Below are positions 63,560 to 64,000 of a stretch of 64,000 nucleotides of DNA, piece by piece (within the stretch, counting starts at the first letter, position 1; each line of letters opens with the position of its first letter). Where the stretch lies: positions 434,001 through 498,000 of the forward strand of contig OX442314.1 in the NCBI GenBank assembly GCA_949358305.1, in the 5' to 3' direction. Both the position numbers and the translations under genes were made by a program. The notes under the pieces were generated by a model that saw nothing but the letters and a program-made list of their open reading frames with translations, searched no databases and was not told the DNA's origin. The stretch is from Strigamia acuminata. Lineage: Eukaryota.

Positions 63560-64000
63560 GAGAGAGAGGAGTAGAGGACTCGTCGTCGTAATTGAGTTTT
63601 CTTTTTGTCATCAGAGGGCGTCGTGGTGTCGGAGGATTGAAGAAGCAGAAAGAAAAAATCAATTTTATTCATCTATTCATTGTCGTTCTTTGAAATTGAT
63701 TGCTCATGTACATAGAAAAGAAAAAAAATGATTTTTCTTATTTTCTCGTCTATAAAATAAGAATAAATTAGGGTGAAGCCGATATTGGCCGTAATTATTT
63801 GTCATTTTTAAGGATCGCACCGAATGTTTGTGTTTTTGTTTTAACTTCCGGTGCCCAGTAGCGCCACCACTGGTAGTTTTTAACTAAAATGGATGCCAGA
63901 TTGTCAGGGTCGACTCTAAATCTGCTTCGTTTTTAATTATAAAGCGCTCGATAAATTGTGAAACCAGGCTAATCCTGGATAAAATAAAAATTCCTATCTG

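Overview
Eukaryotic, intron-rich genomic DNA from an invertebrate animal, probably an arthropod (inferred from the fly-like karst, Tango1 and twinstar sequences). Left to right: (1) the 5' part of an unrecognised, probably secreted repeat protein (minus strand, 2552 to beyond base 1), built from ~90-100-aa units in a 282-aa super-repeat and missed by the ORF track; (2) a complete beta-Heavy spectrin (karst-like) gene, minus strand, about 52 coding exons, 32014-4440; (3) TANGO1/MIA3, FAM177A1 and cofilin/ADF, all minus strand and tightly packed; (4) a divergent cofilin paralogue whose probable first intron holds a complete, very young Mag-clade Ty3/gypsy retrotransposon (identical 166-bp LTRs, 5-bp TSD); (5) a stretch rich in MITEs and palindromes; (6) a decayed mirror-image duplication of RNF216 and RING-like gene fragments; (7) an intact RNF216/TRIAD3 RBR ligase on the plus strand. 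The most striking structure is in the introns. They are mostly ~50-70 nt long or inflated by about twenty unrelated tandem arrays whose unit lengths cluster at multiples of the DNA helical repeat (10, 20-21, 30-31, 41, 52 bp) with phased A/T tracts, resembling nematode PATCs. 5' splice sites are unusually degenerate. Exon boundaries and counts were read by eye and may be off by a few bases.
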